Shown: positions 13,005 through 24,898 of the stretch, piece by piece
Position numbering within the stretch: position 1 is the first letter of the stretch
How the letters are laid out: each line of letters opens with the position of its first letter
Assembly (NCBI RefSeq): GCF_001194135.2
Contig: NC_068983.1
Span: 15,599,370-15,644,240, forward strand
From: Octopus bimaculoides
Taxonomy: Eukaryota
Reading direction: 5' to 3'
Length of the DNA: 44,871 bases
Translations under genes and position numbers: made by a program
Notes under the pieces: model-generated
The model's input: the letters and a program-made list of their open reading frames with translations, nothing else
Database searches by the model: none
What the model was told of the DNA's origin: nothing

Positions 13005-14604
13005 ATTAACGCTCTGCCTCTCCTTTCTCTCTCTATATGTGTGTATACATGTATGTGTATTGTGTGTGTGNNNNNNNNNNNNNNNNNNNNNNNNNNNNNN
13101 NNNNNNNNNNNNNNNNNNNNNNNNNNNNNNNNNNNNNNNNNNNNNNNNNNNNNNNNNNNNNNNNNNNNNNATATATATATATATATATATTTGACCAACT
13201 GAGTTCAAATCCTGCGTAGGAATTTGTTTTTGTATAGAGCATTATTTAACATTGCTACAGTTCACTTAACTTTAGTTGTTTAATCCATATCGGACCTGTG
13301 ATCAAAGGTGTTCCAACCGTGGCTATCTAAGACATACAACACAATGTTCAAAGTATTCTTTCATTTCTAGGATGTTAGGGTGTTATTTTAAGACTTGGTT
13401 GCTATTTCTAGTAGGTTGAAGATATCCATTCATCAGGGACTGTTACCCGGGGTTCAGTTTTATCTCATCAGCTTCACACCATGAAAATGAATTTAGGAAT
13501 TTGGCATTTAAAAGCCATTTGAGACTTTCAGGGAAACATCCCCTCCCCCACTTAACAGTTACATTATAATACTTTTTCTACTGTTGGCCTCTGGTTGCTA
13601 TATTTTGTTATATTCTTATTATCTGTATATTGGTAGGTGTGTAGTAGGATATACCTAGTAATTAAGCCTCAACTTTGCTGATCAGATACCAGCTTTCTTT
13701 GTAGGACCTCTCATCAATTTTGCCATTTAGTTAAAAGTTAAGAACCCTGAAATAAAGCATATAATAACAGATTGGTGAGTACATTCTTATTGCAAGAACT
13801 GAAGAAAGATTTTAGGACTTGTTAAAATGGACTTGGGCCAAAAAATCTAAAAGGGAGCATGAAATTTAAAAGTATTTGGGAGTCTCCCATAGCCTGTAAC
13901 AATATACGAATAGTACTTATTTGGTATGCAAATAGGGAGTAGATAATCAATATTGACTAATTATGGCAATTAATATATATATATAGACAATAGTACAGAA
14001 AAATCTTGGCTAACTGTTTAGGAACCAGAACTTCAGATATTTCATGCAAAAGAACAATTAACAGTTGAATTTAAGATTATGAACTATTCAGATAGTTTAT
14101 TAAAAGTAATGGATAACCCCTGGTACCTAGCCATGTTGCCTCAGATCATATCTGATAAAGTTTTTATTGTATAAGTAGGTGTGGTCACAGATCCAGCGTT
14201 GCAGTGCATCATGCTTCTATGCAACTGAGTACCACACTATGCATTCTGACGTACAATGGTCTAACACATTGGGAGCAGGAAAGCAGTCTCTTCTTCCCTT
14301 CCGGTGTTCTGACTGACAAGGGAATCTCTTGAGCTATTTGACATGGTAGCATAGCAGCTAAACCTCTCTTAAGTTATCCTTTAATGGTTAAGGAAAGAAA
14401 TTAAGAAAAGAAACGTGAGGAAAATATTCTAATTGATGTAATTGATGCTGAATGTGGTAGAGTAGGACTGGATTAACTTATTAAACAAAATAACTATGTA
14501 CTTAAGGAAGCATAATTGTTTTGGTGGCAGTAAAGCGTATAGATGAAGCCAAGGCTTTGCAAAAGATGAGGCTGACAAGAATTGGAAACCCTCTACAACG
14601 ATAA

Positions 14605-14795
14605 TAATGATTGTTTCCGATTTAGGCACAAGGCCAGCGAATTTGAGGGCTGGGGATAGTCAATGACATCGATCTCAGTACTTGACTGGTACTTTGTTTT
14701 ATCGACCTCGAAAGGGTGGGATCCAAACTCAGAATCTATAGAGCCAGAAGGAATATCGTAAAGCATTTCTTCTTTCGCTCTAATGATTCTAGCAA
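14605..14795 (-). mobile_element. SINE family C, degraded
   Basis: Reverse complement carries GGTCGATAAAACAAAGTACCAG..GATGT..GGCCTTGTGCCTAAA. Confidence 0.6.
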
Positions 14796-14904
14796 ATAAT
14801 AATTTCTTTTACTGACGTATTACTATTAAATACCATCATGTATTGAAGTGATTAATATATTTTGAATTAAGGAATGTACGTCAAAATTGGAATCAGGCAA
14901 ATGT

Positions 14905-15040
14905 CACATGGAACAATCCTCCTTGACTCTCTATGCAGTGAGTCAGTGACAATTGTGCATCAGTCACTACCAACAAACGGAACAACCTCAATGACTCGCT
15001 CTGCCATGACTCAGTGACTATAGTGTGCCAGTCTCTACCA
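14905..15040. repeat. Diverged 68-bp tandem dimer with AP-1 sites
   Basis: 14939-14972 versus 15007-15040 match at 27/34. TGAGTCA at 14939 and TGACTCA at 15007. Confidence 0.6.
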
Positions 15041-15666
15041 GTAGAGGTATGTGATGGTTTTTACTGATGTCGCTATTAAGTATTGTTATTCGCACTTAAC
15101 AGTGCTTAGGGGAAAACAGTGATGAGTAACTCTAATCATCGTAAAACACATCAAAAATTTGAAATATGCACACATTAATCACTGTTTTTTTTTTTTTTAT
15201 GTCGTTTTGATTGTTTACTGTTTTGGTTAGCACTTCGAACCTATTTGTCTATTTTAACGTGTATTTCACTTCTATTATGACTAGAAGTAACAAGTACGTT
15301 CCAGAATTTCTCTCTAAATAAATGATTCTGCATGAACAAATGAAGACGTAGATATTTTAACAATCTATAAACATAATGTGTTACTAAATAAAAGGGCAAT
15401 GAAAATTAGTTATAAGGAACGTGGTACAAATATGAGTTAGATTAGGCCTTTCAGTTGAAATATTAAAAATCACAACAGCAGTTTATGCAATAAGATAAAA
15501 GCAGATTTGTTGATTAGTTTTAAGAATTTGATCAAAGTGGGAGAAAACTTTCTAAAGTATAAGTTATATGTAACCAATAACTATTTTGAATGTTGAAATG
15601 CTTTGTATCTTTATGGTTAGAAACCAATTAAATAAAAGATTTTTGATTTTCTATCTATCTATCTAT

Positions 15667-15697
<31 letters not shown>

Positions 15698-16100
15698 ATT
15701 TTATTAGAATTTCTTTTTCCTTCTTCAAAAATTGACCATCAACATCGATTTCTATAGGAAAAATCGTTTTCAATGTTTTGCATTTGTATTTTCCCTTATA
15801 ACAGTTTTGTGTTGAAAATATACATTTTCCTATTACCTCTGGTTTTAAGTAAATAGTTTGCTAATATTGCTTGCTGCTTTTTAGTGTTGGATAGTTAAAA
15901 TCTGAAAGCAAATTATATTTATAGTTGTGAGGTGTGACCTAGAAGGAAACAACATTCTTAGTATATTATTTCAAATTTAGCATTCATTACAAAATGTCTT
16001 GTCAGATAAGGGAAGGGTCAGGTTGTGTTTGTGGGGTATCATTTAACATTGCTCCGGCTCTGCATATACAACACACGCACATAAATAGTAATGGTATGAC

Positions 16101-16315
16101 GGTACTACTAAAGCAGCGCGGACCCGAACGCGCAGTCGCGCGTCCGCGCTAGCTAGTCTTGAGTGGTCGATCCTAACCCTAACCCTAACCCTAACCCTAA
16201 CCCTGTCCCTAACCCTAACCCGCGTGTGCAAATGAATACGTGTTTAGGGTTAGGGTTAGGATCGACCACTCACGACTAGCTAGCGCGGACGGGTCCGCGC
16301 TGCTTTAGTAGTACC
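16101..16315. mobile_element. Palindromic MITE with internal telomeric (CCCTAA)n/(TTAGGG)n tracts and a 9-bp TSD (Merlin- or Mutator-like)
   Basis: Arms begin GGTACTACTAAAGCAGCGCGGACCC and end GGGTCCGCGCTGCTTTAGTAGTACC. 16101-16188 is the reverse complement of 16244-16315 apart from a 16-nt left-arm insert and one mismatch. TGGTATGAC is duplicated at 16092-16100 and 16316-16324. Confidence 0.9.
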
Positions 16316-17352
16316 TGGTATGACAACAAAAGAATGAATGAGACCTCGATATTATGTAAATAGAGGAATTTATCTGTAATATAATATGTGACAATTATAT
16401 ATATATATATAGCAAGTGCATAGGCACTAACGTTCAATGGCTGGAAAATAGTTTTAATAAATGTTTGTCATATTCCCAATAAATGCATTCTCGCAGTATA
16501 AAATATGAAAATTAGTGACGATGCGGCAAAGCTAGCCAACTCATGCCAGCATGGAAAAGCGAATATTAAAGTGCTGATGGTGAGAAGCAAAGTTAGTCTC
16601 GTAACCGTGTGAAATAAATGATAAGCGTGGGAGATTTGCGTCAACTGAAGATTTGGGTGTGGACCAATTTATATGGATTTTTATCGTTAACTTCGGAAGT
16701 AAAAGTTGCGTGCCGAAGTTGAGTAAGTGACTGTTGCAGAGATATCAGCGGATACGTGATGAGATGAGATGCTGTGTCAAGAAATGAGTTAGTTGTGTAC
16801 ACTGGTAGCCTTTTTGTATTGGTTTCTGTCACTGAGCTGTAGCCACGCCCGGAACATTCTCCTCTTGTCAAACTGCTCCACTGCGGAACATAAACATACC
16901 TGACATAAACAACACCGGTATTCTATACCGGTTATACCGGTGTTAATAAACATACACATATGAATATATATATATATGTATATATATATATGTATATATA
17001 TATATACTTTATACATGGTCGTCGCTAGCTTTCACTAACGGTTTTAGGTACCTCTGTAGTCGCAAATGGATGCAGACACTCTCCCGTCCTTGACCCAGCG
17101 AAACATCCAAAATACATTAGTGCAGGAAAGAAATTCTTAGTAGGTGCGAACTCATGTCCAACCCAGGATAGTCAAAGCGTTTTCATTGACCACAAAACAT
17201 TTTAGGAAGTGCGCTTTTACCCCTAGTTCTCAACTAGTACTCTATCTATCAATCCCTTAGAGGTGGAAAGCAATGTTGACGTCGGCGGATTTGAACGCAA
17301 AGTGCAGAGAATCGGAGCACATACATACACGTCGGTTTTCTATACAATAATC

Positions 17353-18031
17353 GGCGGAATTCTAGTTCATATAACCCCCTCATAATTTTTTTTTTTTTTT
17401 TGGAATTTTCAAAAATGTTTTGCAAATTTGTGTTCTACACACGGGAATTCATACGATTATATAATAGAAATTGTGTAATTTAAGGGCGATTTAGCTGTTA
17501 TTTTTAGCACATCCCTCGACCACCTGATACCATCTTCGTTTCTTTGTCATTCTGACATGTATTAATGTTTTTCAATATTTTTCTCCCCATAAACACATCA
17601 AATGGAATGATGATGCACCCAAGCGTGGTCCACTGATGGGATTTAAGCAAAAAATTTCGACTGTCCCTATTTAAAAATTTGATTTCAAAAGAAAAATTCG
17701 AAAAAGTGGAAATTTTAGAATATATCGGATTGAGGGCAAAAATTACAACAAAAAATTTAAGCATAATTGTATGAATTCTCGTATGTAGAATACAAATTCG
17801 CAAAATTATCTGAAAAATCCAAAAAATAAACAAGTTACAATGGGTTATATGCAATATCGTAGCTAGAGTGTGTGCTGCCCAGGACGGCCCTTCCGTTTGC
17901 CGCCCCCGGATCTCACAAAAAACACATACTACTTACAGCAGACTCAAAAGTGCTGCCCATGGCAGACAGCCCCTACCACATCCTGCTAGCTACGCTAGTG
18001 GTTATATGGGGTTAAAAACCAGAATTCTACC
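17353..18031. mobile_element. Foldback/MITE-like element with long (about 120 bp) degenerate inverted arms, interrupted by the hAT MITE
   Basis: The reverse complement of 17401-17460 aligns to 17763-17821 at about 50/60. Outer ends GGCGGAATTCTAGTT and AACCAGAATTCTACC match once the hAT insert is removed. No TSD identified. Confidence 0.6.
17852..18000. mobile_element. hAT-type MITE, 149 bp
   Basis: TIR CAATATCGTAGCTAG versus reverse complement of the right end CACTAGCGTAGCTAG (13/15 match). Exact 8-bp TSD GTTATATG at 17844-17851 and 18001-18008. Confidence 0.8.
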
Positions 18032-18477
18032 AGGCAATTATCAACTAAATTCTGCTCTCAAGGCATTGGTTAACCCAATTGCCATGCAGTGGAATCGAAC
18101 CGAGGACCACACTGTCATATCTGCATCACTTAATGGGAAGAGATTAATGTCTTTGGAAGTTATTCGGGATGAAGTGTACATAATATGAGCTAACAAAGAA
18201 CCTCTACGTATTCGCTTGACTTGCAAAAAATAGCAGTCTTCAAATCTTCAATCTTTAAATCGCATTCAATTCAGCGATGTTCATGTAAAGAGATGATGAT
18301 CATAGTCTGAATGTTTAATTGGTCTGGTCGATCTGGATTGACCTGGGGTTAAACAGCATAAACATGGATAAAAAAAAAAAAAGTATTGCGGAAATATCCA
18401 ATGTTTTTGATGTTCCCAATTACAGATTTGGTAGATGGAAAGTGAAAGAAATCCCGTCAAATATATAGATAGGTAGT

Positions 18478-18670
18478 GTGTGTCTTTGTTTTCTCCACCA
18501 CCGCTTGACAACCGGTCTTGGTTTGGTTACATCCCCGTAAACTAGTGGTTCAGCAAAAGTGCAACAAGAAAAAAAAAAACCCCTTCGATTTGTTCCATTA
18601 AAACCCTTCAAGGCAGTGCCCTCAACATTGGCAGCTACTCAGTGACTGAAATATGTAAGATAAGAGATAT
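18478..18670 (+). mobile_element. SINE family B, degraded 3' half
   Basis: GCTTGACAACCGG..TACATCCCCGTAA..CAGTGACTGAAA matches the family B tail. Confidence 0.6.
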
Positions 18671-18997
18671 GTATACGAGAGTCATTCCTTAGCAAAAGAT
18701 CTGTTATGTGCATATATATATANNNNNNNNNNNNNNNNNNNNNNNNNNNNNNNNNNNNNNNNNNNNNNNNNNNNNNNNNNNNNNNNNNNNNNNNNNNNNN
18801 NNNNNNNNNNNNNNNNNNNNNNNNNNNNNNNNNNNNNNNNNNNNNNNNNNNNNNNNNNNNNNNNNNNNNNNNNNNNNNNNNNNNNNNNNNNNNNNNNNNN
18901 NNNNNNNNNNNNNNNNNNNNNNNNNNNNNNNNNNNNNNNNNNNNNNNNNNNNNNNNNNNNNNNNNNNNNNNNNNNNNNNNNNNNNNNNNNNNNNNNN

Positions 18998-19028
<31 letters not shown>

Positions 19029-19031
<3 letters not shown>

Positions 19032-19170
19032 GACGGGCTTCTTTCAGTTTCCGTCTACCAAATCCACTCACAAGGCTTTGGTCGGCCCGAGGCTATAGTA
19101 GAAGACACTTGCCCAAGGTCCCACGCAGTGGGACTGAACCCGGAACTATGTGGTTGGTAAGAAAGCTACT
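19029..19170 (-). mobile_element. SINE family B, 5' half next to a (TA)n gap
   Basis: Head and CORE-like segment nearly identical to 25160-25300. Confidence 0.8.
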
Positions 19171-20259
19171 ATTTGTGTGTGTATAATATATGTATATATG
19201 AAATATGCACACACAAATACATAAGAGTTTCTATTATTTCTTAAAAATAAATCTAAATTCAATAATGAACAAGAATGAGAAAATGACCTGCTATATGGTG
19301 CATGTCTCCAATTTAATGTTTATTTATTGACTGCATAAAACACATGGCCTCTTTACTGCATTTATTCTGTTGGAACTATGCCATGTGTCTCCTATTTCAG
19401 TTGGGGAGAATATCACTGTATACACACACACACTGTGACTTACGCACATAATCATACACACACGAATTTTTGCTTACACACACGCTCCACACATCGACCT
19501 CGTGCATGCTCCTCTGTGTACATATCTGATTTTTTTTTTTTAATTCACATATATTTAACATTGGTAGACAGAGAAGGAGTGAGAGAGGCAGGGGGGGGAG
19601 AGAGAGAGTGAGATTGGAACATTTAGCAAGCAAGCAGTTATAGGAGGAAGGTAGACTAAATCTGATATCTTGTGCTAGTTTTATATTTTCTTCTCCATCA
19701 CTTGTTATTCAATCAACTCACTCACTCATTTATTTTATTTTATTTTATTTTTATTTATCTATTTATTTATTTATTTGTGTATTTGTTCCACTTTATCACT
19801 ACATATTCCATATTTTTCGTTCTGCTACACAAACAACGCACGCACTCTCCCCACACACCCACCACACACACACTCACTCTTTCTCTCTCTCTCTCTCCTT
19901 CTCTCATTTTGCAAGCTCACCTGATCTCCCGATAACGCTTATAGACGTGAAATTACTACACCTCTAATACCTTCCTTGCCGGTCATTCTAGGAGCAACAA
20001 GGAATGCAGTTTTCCCAAATATAGTCAGTCAGTTTTCGCCCAATGCAGCAATACTTCACCCACTCCACTCTTGTCTTACATCGGAATGTTCTATGGAATT
20101 TCCCTATTTCTTGGTTGTTTATCGGATTTTCCTCTTTATTTTAAGCTTCGCATAATCTCTCTCTGTCTCTCCCATTTTGTTTAATGTGTTGTTGTTTTTG
20201 CTTTCTTCAATAATTATATTTAATAGTTCGTTCACCATCTCTCTCGCCTTTTAAAATAT

Positions 20260-20740
20260 TTTTTTTTTATCGATTTCCGATCAACGAGAAATTCCCCAAC
20301 CTTTTTAGTCAACAAACGAAAATAGTCAGCCATACAAAACAGACTGTTTCTCGCAGAATATTTTAGTGATCAGTGCAAAAAACACTTTTAATATTTAAGA
20401 AATATGTTGAGTTCACACGGCAGAGATATAGAAAATATAGAGACCACGCTTCAGTAAGTATCCGATCCTTGTGGAACATACACAAAACCCATCAACAAGA
20501 AAATTTACCACATAAAAGCTAAACTGAATCTAAAGTCGAGACGTGCGTACTCGGAATTTAACGAGGGTAGAAGAGTGTATCGATAAGGGAGCGCATAGCG
20601 GGATAGGGGCAGTGGGGATGTGAAAGACCCGTTTATTGAGGTTGTTTAAAGATAAATGTCAATGAAAGTCACCCTCAGAAAATGAAATAGTGCAGTAAAT
20701 AAGCAGTTGTTTTGGATCGATCCATTTATCGATATGCACC
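20260..20740 (+). promoter_or_regulatory. Candidate CpG-rich promoter/non-coding first exon (donor GTAAGTA at 20454)
   Basis: Last CpG-rich unique stretch before the CpG-poor region. Consensus 5' splice site TCA|GTAAGT, plus TATCGATA (DRE-like) at 20578 and 20727. Inference only. Confidence 0.3.
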
Positions 20741-21271
20741 TGTATGTAAAAACTAAACAGCCGTAAATAGTACACTAGAATCTTGACAGATTATCAGGTA
20801 TGAGATTGTGTTGGCTTGATTCTGCTGCACTATTTATTATCGTTTAGCCACCTGTGAGCATTGATTCAACAAGTCTATGAACAAAGACACTCCAGCCATG
20901 ACCATCCCATCTTTTTCTATGAACACTGTGTACCTTGTCTAATTAATCGAATGTATTCTCAAAATTTTGTTTTTGTAACGGTATATGGTAGTTTGAGGGA
21001 GATTTGGAGCGACCACAAGCAAGCCTCCCTTGTTTGGTTTACGAGTATTTTGTAATCTGGTGTCGTGTTTACTTTAGTGCCATTGATTGTTATATCCTGT
21101 TTGTGTGTTAATTAGTAGCCTCTCCTTTTTTTGTTATGCTGATTGTATGTGTGGATATCATTGATTTACTGCTTGTTATGTTTTCACTTTTATCTGTAAT
21201 GTGTGCTGTGCACTGAGTGTGATGTACGGTGTAAGTGAGATGTTTTTGTATTATTAAGCAAAATTCCAGAC

Positions 21272-21476
21272 TTGTTTAGTCCCAGATCAGCCTAGATCAA
21301 ACAGAACTGTAATGAAAGGCGTTCCAGTCTTGACCATTCCGTCTTATTTTCAGATATATATCAGTATATCTAAATATTTTCCAGCACGTCCTTCCTTTTT
21401 TAAAAGAGTATAGTGTTATTTAAGGGAAATTTAGCTGCTATTTCTCACAAGCCGAATGACCTCGCTGAGGCTCCTT
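21272..21476 (-). repeat. Family D copy
   Basis: TTGTTTAGTCCCAGATCAGCC..ATTTAGCTGCTATTTCTC..GAGGCTCC. Confidence 0.6.
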
Positions 21477-21697
21477 TAACTGTGTAGGAATGATGTGTGC
21501 TATGGGAAGTAACATAAAGATTGAAGTGAACTAAACGCATAAATTGATAGCTAATACATCAGACTTTTAAATGAATTTTTGTGTAAACAAAATGATATTA
21601 TCAGTAATTAGGATAGTAGTTTGGTATTGAATCAGTTTGGTTAATTGGAAGTTTCAAAAATTAGAAATTAATCGATTGTAGGGATGCATGGGAAATG

Positions 21698-21966
21698 GCC
21701 AGTACCGCTGGACTGGCTCCTGTGCAGGTGGCACGTAAAAAACACCATTTGAGCGTGACCAGACTGGCCCTCGTGCTGGTGCTACATAAAAAGCACTCAC
21801 TACACTCTCGGAGTGGTTGGCTTTAGGAAGGGCATCCAGCTGTGGAAACTCTGCCAGATCAGATTGGAGCCTGGTGTAGTCATCTGGTTCACCAGTCCTC
21901 AGTCAAATCGTCCAACCCATGCTAGCATGGAAAGCGGACGTTAAACGATGAACGATGATTGATGAT
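21698..21966 (+). mobile_element. RTE LINE 3'UTR fragment
   Basis: ..AGGAAGGGCATCCAGCTG..CCAACCCATGCTAGCATGGAAAGCGGACGTTAAACGATG tail; homologous to 39783-40110. Confidence 0.85.
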
Positions 21967-22944
21967 TAAGAGTCTGTTAAATGAGTATGATTCTGACAGT
22001 TTTACAAAGCTTTGTACTATTTCTCTGACACAAGAACATCAACAGTGGTTATGATTTTCTTTCTGAAACCATATTTGGACTCTCCTTCAAATTTAGTCAA
22101 GGTGAAGATTGTTATAAATGATTAATTCCATCTCTTTAGGGTGGTAATTAGCAAGGTCAGAAAGTTTATCTCTCAATGTAGTAATTGTAAAAAAAACAAA
22201 ACAAGACAAAAAAAACTCTACAAGATCTACAAACAAGTTTACATCTGGCTGCTATAGTTTGTTCTGGATCACAGTTGGCAAGGTTGAGTGAAGACAAAGC
22301 AAGATCTTAAAACTTAACTGGGTTCATTCTGTGGGGTTGAATATCTTTAGCTTGTTTGGAAAAATGCAGGACATTATGAAAATGGTCTCTTTTAAAAGAG
22401 CTGTTAGATATAGTATTATGTGATGTTTATACCTTTACTAAGGAGATTCTGTAATGGATGTGAAGTCATTCACATTCAAAAATGATATTGTGCTGTGGAT
22501 TCTAATTTGTAATCAAACACTTCTGTTAACAAGTATCAGATGGCAGATACCACAAATCCCATTAATTATAGGCTTTCTGTGGCATTCCTCCATCATTATG
22601 TTTTTCCCTTTCAGGAATACTGTGGCTGTTGGGGTTTATAACTTCATCTGTCCTTAAAGTGCAAGAAGCACTAAGAAGATTCATTTGGAATTTTCAATTG
22701 TATGCTCTTGCTTGAAGAAGCCTATTAAGGTACCAATACTGCTATTTTAGTAATAATTTTGATGTATTAACAGTTGTGATATTCTAAATATTGATTTTGT
22801 TATTCAAACCATGACAATCTTTTGTTTTGTGCATTCAAAATGTTTCCCTTCTTAATTCCCTTCCTGTTTCATATATGCAAAAACTATCATCATCCCTGCA
22901 AAGATTGGTCTCATCCAGTTTATTATATTCGTTATCTTCTCAGT

Positions 22945-23222
22945 CATCATCATCATTTAACGTCCGCTTTCCATGCTAGCATGGGTTAGACAATTTGACT
23001 AAGGACTGGCAAGCCAGAAGGCTGCATCAGGCTCCAATCTGATCTGGTAGAGTTTCTACAGCTGGATGCCCTTCCTAATGCCAACCACTCCGAGAGTGTA
23101 GTGGGTGCTTTTACATGCCACTGGCACAAGGGCCAGTCACATGGTACTGGCAACGGCCACGCTCAAAAAGGTGTTTTTTTACGTGCTACCTGCACAGGAG
23201 CCAGTCCAGCGGCACTGGCAAC
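22945..23222 (-). mobile_element. RTE LINE 3'UTR fragment
   Basis: (CAT)n-TTAACGTCCGCTTTCCATGCTAGCATGGG.. on the plus strand; same family as above. Confidence 0.85.
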
Positions 23223-24898
23223 ATTATATTTTTTAAACTGAAGAATAATTTTTAATTGAATAACTTTTACTTTCTATGAAATTGATTATCGTTAATCAGG
23301 AAATATCAACTCTTCTTTTTGTTATGTTTTAGACTCTGGTCAGCTCTGATCAAAGTCACCTTCGTGATTAAAGGTAGTTCAATAATGACCATTCAGTCTT
23401 TTGTTAATAAGCATTGTGCATCTGACTACATTATTCAACATGGGTTTGGCTTTTCTTTCTGGTTGGTCAAACAATCACTTGACTGTGGCTTCCAAGCTTA
23501 TTAAATTTTAACTTGCTTGTGTTATAAACATTTTTCTGATATTTCATTGCACAAGCTATCTTTTGGATACTGTTCCTTAAATTCACAGTATGTAAAATGT
23601 TGTTTGTTCTGAATAGCTCAGCAACTGGTTCTTCTCTTCACATGTATGTGTACTCTGCGTCTTTCATGACCCAGATTGTTTCTGCTGCATATTATCTATA
23701 TCAACATCACCAACTCCAAACATTTTTAGTGTAATCTCAGTGTTTTTTATAAGTTATGGCAATGTCTTTCCTCTTTAGAAATTAAAGATAACAAAATGGT
23801 TGCTGTGTTAATGGTCATTTGTTTTGTCTTCTCCTAAGCAGTCATTGATTTTCTTTAACTACTTTCAACCTATTATTGACACACTGGTATGCTAAATCAA
23901 CACCCAGTCTTTGTTATTCTTTTTACAAATGGTGTCTTCATTTTATTACCAGAAATGGTCGAGCAATTTCAATTCACTTCTGTTATTCCATTGCTTTCGA
24001 TTAATAGTTATGAGTTTCTATTCTTCATAAAATGAACCTTTCTAATGTTCTAATGTTGCTGCTACCAATTCTAAAATAACTATAAAAGGAAATCAATGTT
24101 TTTACTTTTATCTTATTTATTTTCTTCTTTATTGTAATTTTTGCCTGTAAATGACCTGCTGTCTGTCATTATTGAATCAATGAATCATGAATGAAAGGAA
24201 TTAAGAGACTGACTGACATTTTCCGCTAAGTCATCAAAATTATGTATATTGTTGTAGGTGAACTATTTTGCATATCCCTTTCCTCTGTACCAGAGTACTT
24301 CAAAAGCTACGTGTGTTATATATATTCACTTGGGGGGAAGTAACTGAACCTATAAAACATTTAGTTATATTCTGTATTCAGAATTTAAATTCTTTGATTC
24401 CAAGTTTTACATAACCATTCCATGCACTTCATCACTATTTTAGCATCATGTACTGAAACTTTTTCATTTAGTGTCTGTATCTTTATAATATCATCATAAA
24501 ATATTCACCACCATTCTTTTATTCTTTTAATCCAGGTACTGGTTCAATTTATTCTAATATAAATACCAAGTTAACTGATGTGGTTGATTATATTAAATTT
24601 TTGCTTTTTCCTTTAGTTTTTCTTCACAAATAGTTATATAGTTTATCCCCTGAAGCAACTGTCATCCTCACATTCTAACCTAATTCATCTTTCATCTTAA
24701 ATTTCATAAATCATGTCTACCTCAATGCTGTTTGACTTATTTCTATATCATTTCATATAGCTCCCACCATCCTTTAACCCCGCCCTCCTCCAACAATATC
24801 TGTCTGTACCCCCTGCTCTCTTTCTCACTAACAATGTCTCTCTTCTTTATATACTGCTCCACTATTTTTTTACTTCCTTCTATCAAATATCTCTCTAT

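Noticed and set aside
16172-16260. True chromosome end or telomere-fusion scar
   Set aside because: The tracts are short, lie inside inverted arms with a TSD, and are ordered (CCCTAA)n..(TTAGGG)n. A fusion would read (TTAGGG)n(CCCTAA)n.
17868-18188. 106-aa ORF
   Set aside because: Runs through the hAT MITE and foldback arm; no recognisable domain.
22454-22699. Open frames such as AFCGIPPSLCFSLSGILWLLGFITSSVLKVQEALRRFIWNFQL
   Set aside because: Plausible splice signals, but several frames are open and no protein was recognised. Kept only as a candidate within the gene-body finding.
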